Origin: an uncultured bacterium
GTDB taxonomy: Bacteria; Verrucomicrobiota; Verrucomicrobiia; Limisphaerales; UBA8199
Length of the DNA: 64,000 bases
Direction: 5' to 3'
Assembly (NCBI GenBank): GCA_963749495.1
Contig: CAVVMW010000021.1
Span: forward strand, 416,001-480,000
A model generated the notes under the pieces. It searched no databases and was not told the DNA's origin. It saw only the letters and a program-made list of their open reading frames with translations. Below are positions 9,922-18,499 of the stretch, in pieces. Within the stretch, counting starts at the first letter, position 1; each line of letters opens with the position of its first letter. Made by a program: the position numbers and the translations under genes.

Positions 9922-10776
9922 ATGAACGACGCTCCCATCTGGGTCACCGGCGCGGCGGGCTTGATCGGGCATTACCTGGTGCAGACCGCGCCCAATGGGG
10001 CGCCCGGCGCCAGGACGGTGGGCCTGACTCAAGCGGAGGTGGACCTCCTGGATTTCCAGGCCGTGCGCCGCCAGTTCCGCCGGCAGCGCCCGCGGCTCGT
10101 CATCCATTGCGCCGCCCTGAGCCAGAGTCCCGAGTGCCAGGCCCACCCTGCCCTGGCCAGGCGTCTCAACCTCCAGGCCACCGCCTTGCTCGCAGACCTG
10201 GCCGCCGACATCCCCTTCTTCTTCTTCTCGTCCGATCTGGTCTTCGACGGCAAGCAAGGCAATTACGACGAATCGGCCCCGGTCAATCCCCTGAGCGTCT
10301 ATGCCGAGACCAAAGCCGCCGCCGAACAGGTCGTCCTGGCCAACCCCAAACACACGGTCGTCCGCACTTCGCTCAACGGCGGCGTCTCCCTCACCGGCCG
10401 GCGCGGCTTCAACGAGCAGATACGCCTGGCCTGGCAGGCCGGGCAGACCTTGCGCCTTTTCAAGGATGAGTTCCGCAGCCCGATCCACGCCCGCGTAACC
10501 GCCCGGGCCGTCTGGGAGTTGGCCGCCCTCAACAAACACGGCCTCTACCATGTCGCCGGCAGCGAGCGCCTCTCGCGTCTGCAGATCGGCCAACTCCTGG
10601 CGGCGCGCTGGCCCCACCTCCAGCCGCGCATCCTAACCGCCTCGCTCCAGGAATACACCGGCGCTCCGCGCCCGCCCGATACCTCGCTCAACAGCGCTAA
10701 GGCCCAGCAACTGCTCTCCTTTGCCCTGCCCGGCCTGACCCAGTGGCTGGCCCAGCGCCCCAACGAGGTGTTCTGA
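9922..10776 (+). CDS. rfbD: dTDP-4-dehydrorhamnose reductase-like SDR
   Basis: VTGAAGLIG, VIHCAA, SSDLVFDG, P.SVYAETK (YxxxK), DEFRSPI, RPPDTSLN. Confidence 0.8.
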   Translation: MNDAPIWVTGAAGLIGHYLVQTAPNGAPGARTVGLTQAEVDLLDFQAVRRQFRRQRPRLVIHCAALSQSPECQAHPALARRLNLQATALLADLAADIPFFFFSSDLVFDGKQGNYDESAPVNPLSVYAETKAAAEQVVLANPKHTVVRTSLNGGVSLTGRRGFNEQIRLAWQAGQTLRLFKDEFRSPIHARVTARAVWELAALNKHGLYHVAGSERLSRLQIGQLLAARWPHLQPRILTASLQEYTGAPRPPDTSLNSAKAQQLLSFALPGLTQWLAQRPNEVF

Positions 10777-10831
10777 CGCCCGACGGAAGGATCAACCACG
10801 CATGAATAAACTGAGAAATCCGTCAACCTGA

Positions 10832-11674
10832 ATGTCTCCGATCCCCTACCGCGGCCGCCTGGCGCCCTCGCCGACCGGCTTGCTGCACCTGGGCCATGCG
10901 CGGACCTTTTGGATGGCCCAGCAACGGGCCCGGCGCCACAACGGGGCGCTGGTCTTGCGCAATGAAGACCTCGACCCCGCGCGCTCGCGCCCGCAATATG
11001 TCGCCGCGATGCTCGAGGACCTGCGCTGGTTCGGCTTTCAATGGCAGGAGGGACCGGATTGCGGCGGGCCTTATGGGCCCTATTCGCAAAGCGAGCGCCG
11101 CCCGCATTACCTGGCCGCCTTCGAACGGTTGCGCAAGAGCGGCGCTATCTATCCGTGTGTCTGTTCGCGCCGGGACGTCCTGCGCGCCCTGCACGCCCCT
11201 CATGCCGGCGAAGACGAGGCCATCTACCCGGGCACCTGCCGGCCTCGACCCTCGAGCCCAGACCCTCGATTGCGCGCCCCGTGCAACTGGCGGTTCCAGG
11301 TGCCTGACGGCCAGGCGATTCGCTTTGTGGATGGTCATTATGGCCCGCAGGAATTTGTTGCGGGTAGCGATTTCGGAGATTTCGTGGTCTGGCGCCATGA
11401 CGATGTGCCGTCCTACCAGCTCGCGGTGGTCCTGGACGATGCCGGGATGCGGATGACCGAGGTGGTCCGGGGCCAGGACCTGCTCAAGTCCACCGCGCGC
11501 CAGCTCCTCCTCTACCGGGCGCTCGGATTGAGGCCACCTGAGTTTTATCACTGTCCGCTGGTCACCGATGCCTTGGGGGCGCGCCTGGCCAAGCGGCACG
11601 ACGCCCTGAGCCTGCGCGCCTTGCGGGCCCAGGGACTCGCCCCGGAGAGGTTGCGGGAAACGTGGGGTAAGTAG
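10832..11674 (+). CDS. gluQ: Glutamyl-Q tRNA(Asp) synthetase
   Basis: GRLAPSPTGLLHLGH, IYPCVCSR, VVRGQDL..ST.RQ, RLAKRH; no anticodon domain. Confidence 0.93.
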   Translation: MSPIPYRGRLAPSPTGLLHLGHARTFWMAQQRARRHNGALVLRNEDLDPARSRPQYVAAMLEDLRWFGFQWQEGPDCGGPYGPYSQSERRPHYLAAFERLRKSGAIYPCVCSRRDVLRALHAPHAGEDEAIYPGTCRPRPSSPDPRLRAPCNWRFQVPDGQAIRFVDGHYGPQEFVAGSDFGDFVVWRHDDVPSYQLAVVLDDAGMRMTEVVRGQDLLKSTARQLLLYRALGLRPPEFYHCPLVTDALGARLAKRHDALSLRALRAQGLAPERLRETWGK

Positions 11675-11703
11675 CGTGGGGCGCCATTCACGCAACTGCC
11701 TGG

Positions 11704-11915
11704 CACCGCGTAGCGGTGCCTGACGGTAGCCGTGGACTTCCAGTCCACGGACTGCTGGCTGGAGAACAGCTTGCGTCGCGTAGCGACGCCTGAAAACAGG
11801 ATCCGCCCGGCCAATGACAAGCTTTCCGGCGTCGCTACGCGACGCGTGCCCCTTCCAACGTCCTGGACCGTGGACCGAGGTCCACGGCTACCTTCACTGC
11901 GTCGCTCCGCGACGC
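11704..11915. repeat. REP-like multi-hairpin element (CGTCGCGTAGCGACG / CCGTGGAC..GTCCACGG)
   Basis: Several hairpins; inverted homologue at 19921-20132. Confidence 0.85.
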
Positions 11916-11965
11916 CCAGCGCCCTGGACCATGGACCGCGTCGCTACGGGACACACCCGCCGCGC

Positions 11966-13234
11966 CTACACGAAGATCGTCTGTTCCCGCCCTGGCCCGA
12001 CCGAGGCGATAGCGAGTTTGGCGCCGGTGAGTTCGGCCAGGGCCTTGAGATAGACGCGTGCTTTGTGAGGCAGGTCCTTCCATTTGCGGGTGTTGTGGAT
12101 CGGGCAACGCCAGCCTGGAAACTCGGCATAGACCGGTTTGCAGCGCTCCAGCACCTCGATGTCGTTGGGCACGTAATCGTAGCGCGCCTTTCCATCCTGG
12201 TAGGCAACGCAGAGACGGATCGTCTCGACGGAATCCAGTCCATCGAGATTGGTCACGGCCAGGTCGTCGATGCCGTTGACGATGGCAGCGTGATGGGTGG
12301 CGACGGCATCGAACCAGCCGCAACGGCGCGGCCGGCCCGTGGTGGCGCCAAACTCGCGGCCCATGGCATGGAGCATGTCGGCTATCTCGGCATTCTCGGT
12401 TGGCAGGGGCCCCTCGCCCACGCGCGTGGTATAGGCCTTCATGACGCCGACGACCCGGTCTATGCGGTGCGGGGGGATGCCGGAGCCGGTGCAGGCCCCG
12501 CCGGCCGTGGTGTTCGAGGAGGTCACGAACGGATAGGTGCCGTGGTCGATGTCCAGAAACGTCCCTTGCGCCCCTTCGAACAGGATGTCGTCGCCCCGCC
12601 GGACCGCCTCGTGCAGGAGGATGACGGTGTTGGTCACCAAGGGCCTGAGGAAATCCCCTGCCGCGCGGTAGGCGGCATGGACCTTTTTGAACGAGAGCGG
12701 TTTGGCGCCGAAGGCCCGGAGGACCTCGTTGTTCTCCCGGATCTTGGCCCGGAGCAGGGTCTCGAACCGCCGGGCATTGATCAGGTCAATGACCCGCAGG
12801 CCGGTGCGCGCGGCCTTGTCGCCGTAGGCGGGCCCGATCCCGCGTTTGGTGGTGCCGATCTTGTTCCTGCCCTTGAGGGTTTCGCGCTGGGCATCCAGTT
12901 CGCGGTGATACGGCAGGACCACGTGCGCCGTCTCGCTCAGGAACAGGTTGCCATCGATCTCGATGCCCAATTTGCGAAGCGATTGGATCTCCTCGACCAG
13001 GCCCACCGGGTCCACGACCACGCCGTTGCCGATCACGCAGATCTTGTTCTTGCGCAATATGCCGGACGGGACCAGGTGGAGGATGTATTTCTGCTCGTTG
13101 AGGTGGACGGTGTGGCCGGCATTGTTGCCGCCCTGGGTGCGGACCACCACGTCCGCCTGCTCGGTCAGCACGTTGATGATCTTGCCCTTGCCTTCATCGC
13201 CCCATTGGGCGCCGACTAGGATGGTATTGGCCAT
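11966..13234 (-). CDS. purA: Adenylosuccinate synthetase
   Basis: GAQWGDEGKGK, QGGNNAGHT, EGAQGTFLDIDHGTYPFVTSS, EFGATTGRPRRCGW. Confidence 0.99.
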   Translation of the reverse strand: MANTILVGAQWGDEGKGKIINVLTEQADVVVRTQGGNNAGHTVHLNEQKYILHLVPSGILRKNKICVIGNGVVVDPVGLVEEIQSLRKLGIEIDGNLFLSETAHVVLPYHRELDAQRETLKGRNKIGTTKRGIGPAYGDKAARTGLRVIDLINARRFETLLRAKIRENNEVLRAFGAKPLSFKKVHAAYRAAGDFLRPLVTNTVILLHEAVRRGDDILFEGAQGTFLDIDHGTYPFVTSSNTTAGGACTGSGIPPHRIDRVVGVMKAYTTRVGEGPLPTENAEIADMLHAMGREFGATTGRPRRCGWFDAVATHHAAIVNGIDDLAVTNLDGLDSVETIRLCVAYQDGKARYDYVPNDIEVLERCKPVYAEFPGWRCPIHNTRKWKDLPHKARVYLKALAELTGAKLAIASVGPGREQTIFV

Positions 13235-13514
13235 AAAGTGGCAAAGCGCTCAGCCTTTGCGCGCTGAACCTAGGAGCAGGCCCGTCAAGTGTCAACCTCC
13301 AAGGATCACATTGAGCGGTCCCGGGCGTCGCGCACCCGGTAATGGACGCCCAGACGCAAGCGCGTCATCTCCCCGGGCGTCGCGATGGGGAACGTCACGC
13401 TTGCCCCGTCCGCCTTCACCCGGAAGTCCTGTTCGTCTTTGTTGACTGGCCGCGCCCTGCTTACCACGCCCGCCCTGAACAGAGGAAGCACAAACCCTCC
13501 GCAGGTTCCGCGCC

Positions 13515-13607
13515 GGGCGTATCCCGACACTGCCGCCGCCGGACGCGGCGGGGGCGGGGAGCGCACCCATTCGCGGGCGCACTCCTGGGCAGTCTCGGAA
13601 TGCGCGG
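13515..13607. mobile_element. Short degenerate MITE of the GGGCGTATCC family
   Basis: GGGCGTATCCCGACACTGCC matches the ends of 17237-17410; right end decayed. Confidence 0.5.
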
Positions 13608-13608
13608 C

Positions 13609-13749
13609 AGGGCCGAAGGCCCGTCATGTGATAGCCTGGGCTGGAGCGAAGCGGAGGCCCAGGTAGGCGAGTGCCCCTCGGAACGGCCCCGGGCTGTAAG
13701 GCCGGGACACGTTGCCCAGGAGCCCGAGCCTTGTGGCGCCCCTACAGGG
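13609..13749. repeat. Left part of a REP-like element split by IS4 (right part 15638-15733)
   Basis: Colinear with the intact copy at 29531-29757. Confidence 0.8.
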
Positions 13750-13758
13750 GAATGGCGC

Positions 13759-15225
13759 TTACATAAGACCGAGCTTGCGCAAACGGGCCCTGGTGCGGCG
13801 CGTGTGACGTTTGAGATGATCGCGGAACCTGCGGCGGGGTGCGTTGAGCCGCGGGTATTTGTTTTTCTTGCGTTTGACGGCGCGCGGCTCGCGTCGGTTT
13901 GGCCGCTCGGGGACCAAATCGGCGGCTAGCGTTTCGAGCAGATCGGACCACAGTTGGCGGCGTTTCTTTTTGGAGCGGGCTTGGGCCATGGCCTGGGTAA
14001 AGTGCCGGATTGCGTCCAGCGAGCCTTTGAAGCTGATGCGCTCCAGGGGCACCTCATGTTCGGTGGCGGCCTGAGCCATGGTGCCACGGATGAGATTGTG
14101 GGCGATGAGGCGCGTGTAGGCCTCTTTGCGAACCATGTTCGGGCTGCGCCCGCGGAGGGTCTCCATTTCCAGAGTGGTTTTCAGGTCATCCAGGCACATC
14201 TCCAGGCGCCACCGCCGCAAGTAAGCGCGGAGGATCTGCTCGGCGGGGTAGAGTTCTGGGTCCAAGAGCGTGGTCACCAGTTTGACCTGGCGTACGCGGA
14301 AGCCTTTCTGATAGCAACTGCCCTTGACCACGCGCACCGTCAACTGGCTGGGCAAGCCAATCCATTGGAGCAGCGTCAGCCAGGGAGCCCGGCGCTGGGG
14401 TTTTTCCCACACGAAGAGCCAGTCGTTTCTGCCCAAGCGGCGGAGCCGCCTTCGCCCATCGAGCCGGCGCGTGGACCGCCCGATGAAGTCCACGTTCAGA
14501 AGGTGCTTGAGCCAGGCGAGGACCGCGTAAAAACCGAAGCCGCGGTCTGCCACCAGGATATCCCCGGCCGCCAACTGGGTGCTGAGCAGCGTCAACAACG
14601 ACAGTTCGGAGACCGCCAAGCTGCCTTGGGCCATGGCCAGGATCGCGCCGCTGAGCATGGAAAAGAGCACGACGATGCGCATCTTGGGGAAGCTGGGTTT
14701 GTCGGCGCACTGCATGGGGGGATACGCCCTTCGGTTTTTGCGCGTGTCGGCCAGTGTGAGCGCCGAGCCGTCGGCGGCCTTGAGGGGCCGGCCTTGGAGT
14801 TGGGTCAGGGCCGGGACTTGCTTGTCGGCGGCCCGGGCGGTGGCGGCCAAAACCTTGGGGAATTCCCTGAGAGGCAGCCGGGCCTTGGCGCGGCAGTAGG
14901 CGCCGTCCTCGGGGGAGATCTGGGGGCCGTCTTCCAAGAGGAAGAGGGCCTGGAGTTGGCGCACGACCTCGCGCCCGGAGGCGTCGGGGTTGAGGGCTTG
15001 CCAGACCATGCACCAGAAGGTGCGCCAGCGGGTGTAGTCGCGGTCGCGGCAGTTTTTGTGGGCGGAGGCCTTGGCCTTGGGAAAGCACTCCTGGGGTACC
15101 GAGGAGGAGAAGCACTTTTCCAGTTGGCAGAGGGTATAGGCGCGGACCTGGCGGCAGGCGTGGGCGGTGCGGGAACCCAAGCGGGCCAGGCGAGAGCGCC
15201 AGGGTGCGAAAAAGGGCGTGTGCAT
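13759..15225 (-). CDS. IS4-family DDE transposase
   Basis: AADGS (D), VADRGF (D), YLRRWRLEMCLDDLK (YREK motif); stop codon inside the left inverted repeat. Confidence 0.93.
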   Translation of the reverse strand: MHTPFFAPWRSRLARLGSRTAHACRQVRAYTLCQLEKCFSSSVPQECFPKAKASAHKNCRDRDYTRWRTFWCMVWQALNPDASGREVVRQLQALFLLEDGPQISPEDGAYCRAKARLPLREFPKVLAATARAADKQVPALTQLQGRPLKAADGSALTLADTRKNRRAYPPMQCADKPSFPKMRIVVLFSMLSGAILAMAQGSLAVSELSLLTLLSTQLAAGDILVADRGFGFYAVLAWLKHLLNVDFIGRSTRRLDGRRRLRRLGRNDWLFVWEKPQRRAPWLTLLQWIGLPSQLTVRVVKGSCYQKGFRVRQVKLVTTLLDPELYPAEQILRAYLRRWRLEMCLDDLKTTLEMETLRGRSPNMVRKEAYTRLIAHNLIRGTMAQAATEHEVPLERISFKGSLDAIRHFTQAMAQARSKKKRRQLWSDLLETLAADLVPERPNRREPRAVKRKKNKYPRLNAPRRRFRDHLKRHTRRTRARLRKLGLM

Positions 15226-15245
15226 GTCCAGTATATATACTGGAC
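15226..15245. promoter_or_regulatory. Perfect 20-bp palindrome, putative operator between the divergent IS genes
   Basis: GTCCAGTATATATACTGGAC; overlaps TGGACT-17-TAAAAT (15241-15269). Confidence 0.6.
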
Positions 15246-15277
15246 TATGCTTGACCGGCAAGCTAAAATTGAGGCCG

Positions 15278-15628
15278 ATGAACAAAAATCTGGATAAGGG
15301 CACCGCCTCCTGGGACCGGCAATACGAGCAATTGCGACGCCGTTTGAGCCAAATAGGCTACCTCAGCCAGGGCTCGGTGCAGGACCGCACGCGGCGCTCG
15401 GGCGGAGGTGCCGGTTACCAGTGGACGCGCAAAGTCGCGCAGAAGACGATCACCGTCTCACTAACCCAGGAGGAGTTCGAGCAGATGCGCCAAGCGGTTA
15501 ACCACTACCGACAGGTGCGGGGGCTGTTGCGTGACATGGAGCGGCTGTCCCGCAAGATTATCTTCCAGAGGGCACCTCATCCCCATCAACGCAAGCGCCT
15601 AAGCGCCAAAGTTTTAGGCACTAAGTAA
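15278..15628 (+). CDS. IS accessory protein, DUF6788-like
   Basis: LSQIGYLSQGSV...YQWTRKVAQKTITVSL pattern; stop codon inside the right inverted repeat. Confidence 0.7.
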   Translation: MNKNLDKGTASWDRQYEQLRRRLSQIGYLSQGSVQDRTRRSGGGAGYQWTRKVAQKTITVSLTQEEFEQMRQAVNHYRQVRGLLRDMERLSRKIIFQRAPHPHQRKRLSAKVLGTK

Positions 15629-15838
15629 GTGCCATTCCCCCTACAGGGCGCGGCACAGGAGGGCATCGTGACCTGGGCCTCCGCTCGTAAGCTCGCTCCA
15701 GCCCAAGCTCTCACATCTCGGGCTTTCAGCCCGAGGACCGGCCCGCCCCGGGGGCAGTACCGGGTTGCGGCCTGCTGCGTGGTCTGCGGGCACTTCGGAG
15801 GCTGGACAGAAGCAGGCGCTTTTGAAAGCATCTCATCA

Positions 15839-16445
15839 GTGAAACAATCGATCGTGACACTGGATATGGAGGGGGTCCTGACCCCCGAGATCTGGATTGC
15901 CGTGGCCGAGAAGACGGGCATCAAGGAACTCCGGCGCACGACCCGCGATGAGCCCGATTATGTCAAGCTGATGCGGGGACGGCTGGAAATCCTCGACCGG
16001 CACTGCTTGAAGCTGGCGGACATTCAACAGGTCATCGCCACGCTGCGGCCCCTGCCGGGCGCCAGGGAGTTTCTCGATGACCTGCGATCCCAGGTCCAGA
16101 CGATCATCCTCTCGGACACCTTCGAGCAGTTCGCCGCCCCGCTCCTGCGCCAGCTCGGCTGGCCCACCCTGCTCTGCCATCGGCTCGTGGTCCAGGACGG
16201 CCGCATCGCCGGTTACCAATTGCGCATCCCGGAGCAAAAGCAGCGCGCCGTGGCCGCCTTCAAGCTCCTCAACTACCACGTCATCGCCGCCGGAGATTCC
16301 TTCAACGATACCGCCATGCTCGCCGAGGCCCACGTCGGCTTGCCTCTTCCGCGCCCCGGACAACGTCAGATGCCAGTTCCCGCAGTTCCAGGCCGTCGAA
16401 TGCTATCCCAACCTGATGCGCTTAATCCAAGGCGCGATGGCGTAG
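15839..16445 (+). CDS. thrH: Phosphoserine phosphatase / homoserine phosphotransferase (frameshift near 16340)
   Basis: LDMEGVLTPEIW, TTRDEPDY, ILSDTF, AAGDSFNDTAML; C-terminus LFRAPDNV..QFPQF in the shifted frame. Confidence 0.9.
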
Positions 16446-16511
16446 GCAGAAACCCGAAACCCGAAATCCGAAGCAGGCAGAAAAATGGGGGCAGAAAAAT
16501 AGGAAATAAAC

Positions 16512-17180
16512 TCATTTTCCTTCCCCCATCTTTCTGCCAACATCGGCCACTGGAGTCCTCCGCCCAATCCGATTTTCCGTGCCGCTGAGCAGCCGCCGGA
16601 TATTGGCCCGGTGCTGATACACCGCCAGCACCGCCATGGCAGCGGTGACGGCTGTGAGCGTGGAGTCCCGCTTGGTCAACCCGGCCGCCAACGGCAGGGC
16701 CACCGCGGCGGCCAGCGAGGCCAGCGAGGCATAGCGGCTCAAGACCAGCACAACGATCCATATAACCAGGATGATGGCCAGCGCCAGCGGCACCAACGCC
16801 GCCACGACGCCCGCGGAAGTGGCGATGCCCTTGCCGCCCTTGAAATAAAGCCAGCAGGTGTAGTTGTGCCCGAGGATGGCGCCGAGGCCGGCGCAAATCT
16901 GCAGCCACTCGGTTGTGTGCGCCCCGTCGGCGGGGGCTAACCAGCCCGAAACCAGTTTGGCCAATACCGCAACCGCCAGCAAACCCTTGGCCGCATCGGC
17001 CAGCAGAACGAACAGGCCCGCGGGCACGCCCAGGTGGCGGAAGACATTCGTGGCGCCGATGTTCCCGCTGCCCACCGAGCGGATGTCAATGCCCCGCGCC
17101 TTGGCCACCAGGAAGCCCGTGGGAATCGAGCCCAGCAAATAGGCGCCCAGCGCCACTACGATGTAACCAACAATCAACAC
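16512..17180 (-). CDS. plsY: Glycerol-3-phosphate acyltransferase PlsY
   Basis: YLLGSIPTG, GSGNIGATN, GHNY...FKGGKGIAT, HRANIRRLL.GTE. Confidence 0.96.
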   Translation of the reverse strand: MLIVGYIVVALGAYLLGSIPTGFLVAKARGIDIRSVGSGNIGATNVFRHLGVPAGLFVLLADAAKGLLAVAVLAKLVSGWLAPADGAHTTEWLQICAGLGAILGHNYTCWLYFKGGKGIATSAGVVAALVPLALAIILVIWIVVLVLSRYASLASLAAAVALPLAAGLTKRDSTLTAVTAAMAVLAVYQHRANIRRLLSGTENRIGRRTPVADVGRKMGEGK

Positions 17181-17236
17181 GACAATAATTTATCCCCCAA
17201 AAACCAAAAGTTGAAAGTCAAAATGCGTCTTCGGAT

Positions 17237-17410
17237 GGGCGTATCCTGACACTGCCCCCGGAGTGCGCCCGTCCCCGGGCGCAGCAGCAACGGTGCGGGC
17301 AGGAGCGCCGGAGTACTTGACCGCTGCCCTGGCTGCGGACGTCGCTGCGCCCGAGGACGGGCGCACTCCCATCTCGCCGCAGCCGGTGGGGGCGGTGTCG
17401 GGATACGCCC
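17237..17410. mobile_element. MITE with 23-bp inverted repeats and 9-bp target duplication
   Basis: GGGCGTATCCTGACACTGCCCCC versus right end 21/23; flanks TCTTCGGAT / TCTTTGGAT. Confidence 0.75.
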
Positions 17411-17455
17411 TCTTTGGATTGTCACTGGCGCCCGGTTGATGGCACACTGGGCCGG

Positions 17456-18499
17456 ATGACTACGGACCATGCGCCGCAAGCTCCGGAGAATGTCCGGGTG
17501 TCGGTCCTGGGCGCCGGCTCGCTGGGCAAGGAGCACGCGCGCATCTACGCCGAATTGGCGGCCGGCGGGCTGGCGGACTTCGTCGGCGTGTACGATGTCG
17601 CCGCCGAGACCGCGCGGCGGGTTGCCGGGAAATACGGCGTGCGTGCCTTCGGTTCGGTCGCCGAGGCCGCCGCCGCCTGCGACGCCGCCAGCGTCGTCAC
17701 CCCCACCTCGGCCCATTATGAATTGGCCGGGGGCCTGCTGCGTCAGGGCAAACACGTCCTGGTCGAGAAACCAATGACCGACAGCGCCGCCCGCGCGGCC
17801 GAACTGGTCCAGTTGGCCCGGCAGCAACGCTGCGTCCTCCAGGTGGGCCATGTCGAACGCTTCAACCCCGTCTTCAAATACCTGGAGACCGTCGCCACCG
17901 ACCCGCGCTTCATCGAGGCCCACCGCCTCTCCCCCTACCCTGCCCGGAGCACCAACATCGGCGTGGTGCTCGACCTGATGATCCATGATCTGGACGTCGT
18001 CCTGGCCTTCGTGAAATCGCCCGTGACCAGTGTGGACGCCGTCGGCATCCCCGTTCTGAGCCAGTCGGAGGACATCGCCAATGCGCGGCTGCGCTTCGCC
18101 AACGGCTGCGTCGCCAATCTCACCGCCAGCCGCGTGAGCCCCGAGCGCATGCGCAAGATACGCGTCTTCAGCGGCGGCCCCACTACCAGTTACATCTCGC
18201 TGGACTACCGCGCCCAGGAGGGTTTCATCTATCGCATCGCTCGCAGCAACGAGGCGGAGAGTTCCCTCCTAAAAAAGCTGCTCCACGGCAAAGACACCGC
18301 CATCGTCAGCGAATTCGGCGGCAAACGCATCGTGCGCGAACCGGTCCCCATTGCCAAGGAAGAGCCCCTCAAGCTCGAACTGCAGGACTTCGTCCAATGC
18401 GTTCGCGCCCACCGGACACCGTTGGTCAGCGGCGAATCGGCCAAGCGCGCCCTGGACCTCGCCTTTGAGATTACGAGCCAGATTCGGGAGCTGCCGTGA
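17456..18499 (+). CDS. Gfo/Idh/MocA oxidoreductase, GnnA-like
   Basis: VLGAGSLG, HVLVEKP, VGHVERFNP, VVLDLMIHD; overlaps the lpxB start. Confidence 0.85.
   Translation: MTTDHAPQAPENVRVSVLGAGSLGKEHARIYAELAAGGLADFVGVYDVAAETARRVAGKYGVRAFGSVAEAAAACDAASVVTPTSAHYELAGGLLRQGKHVLVEKPMTDSAARAAELVQLARQQRCVLQVGHVERFNPVFKYLETVATDPRFIEAHRLSPYPARSTNIGVVLDLMIHDLDVVLAFVKSPVTSVDAVGIPVLSQSEDIANARLRFANGCVANLTASRVSPERMRKIRVFSGGPTTSYISLDYRAQEGFIYRIARSNEAESSLLKKLLHGKDTAIVSEFGGKRIVREPVPIAKEEPLKLELQDFVQCVRAHRTPLVSGESAKRALDLAFEITSQIRELP

Larger units (their letters stand above)
13750..15637. mobile_element. IS4-family insertion sequence, 1888 bp
   Basis: Terminal inverted repeats GAATGGCGCTTAC / GTAAGTGCCATTC; 11-bp target duplication CCCCTACAGGG at 13739-13749 and 15638-15648. 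Confidence 0.93.

Noticed and set aside
13306..13566. 86-aa ORF upstream of purA
   Set aside because: The 5' part is MITE sequence and the remainder has no recognisable motif
15226..15245. Palindrome as an E. coli-type SOS box
   Set aside because: It reads CAGT-N6-ACTG, not CTGT-N8-ACAG
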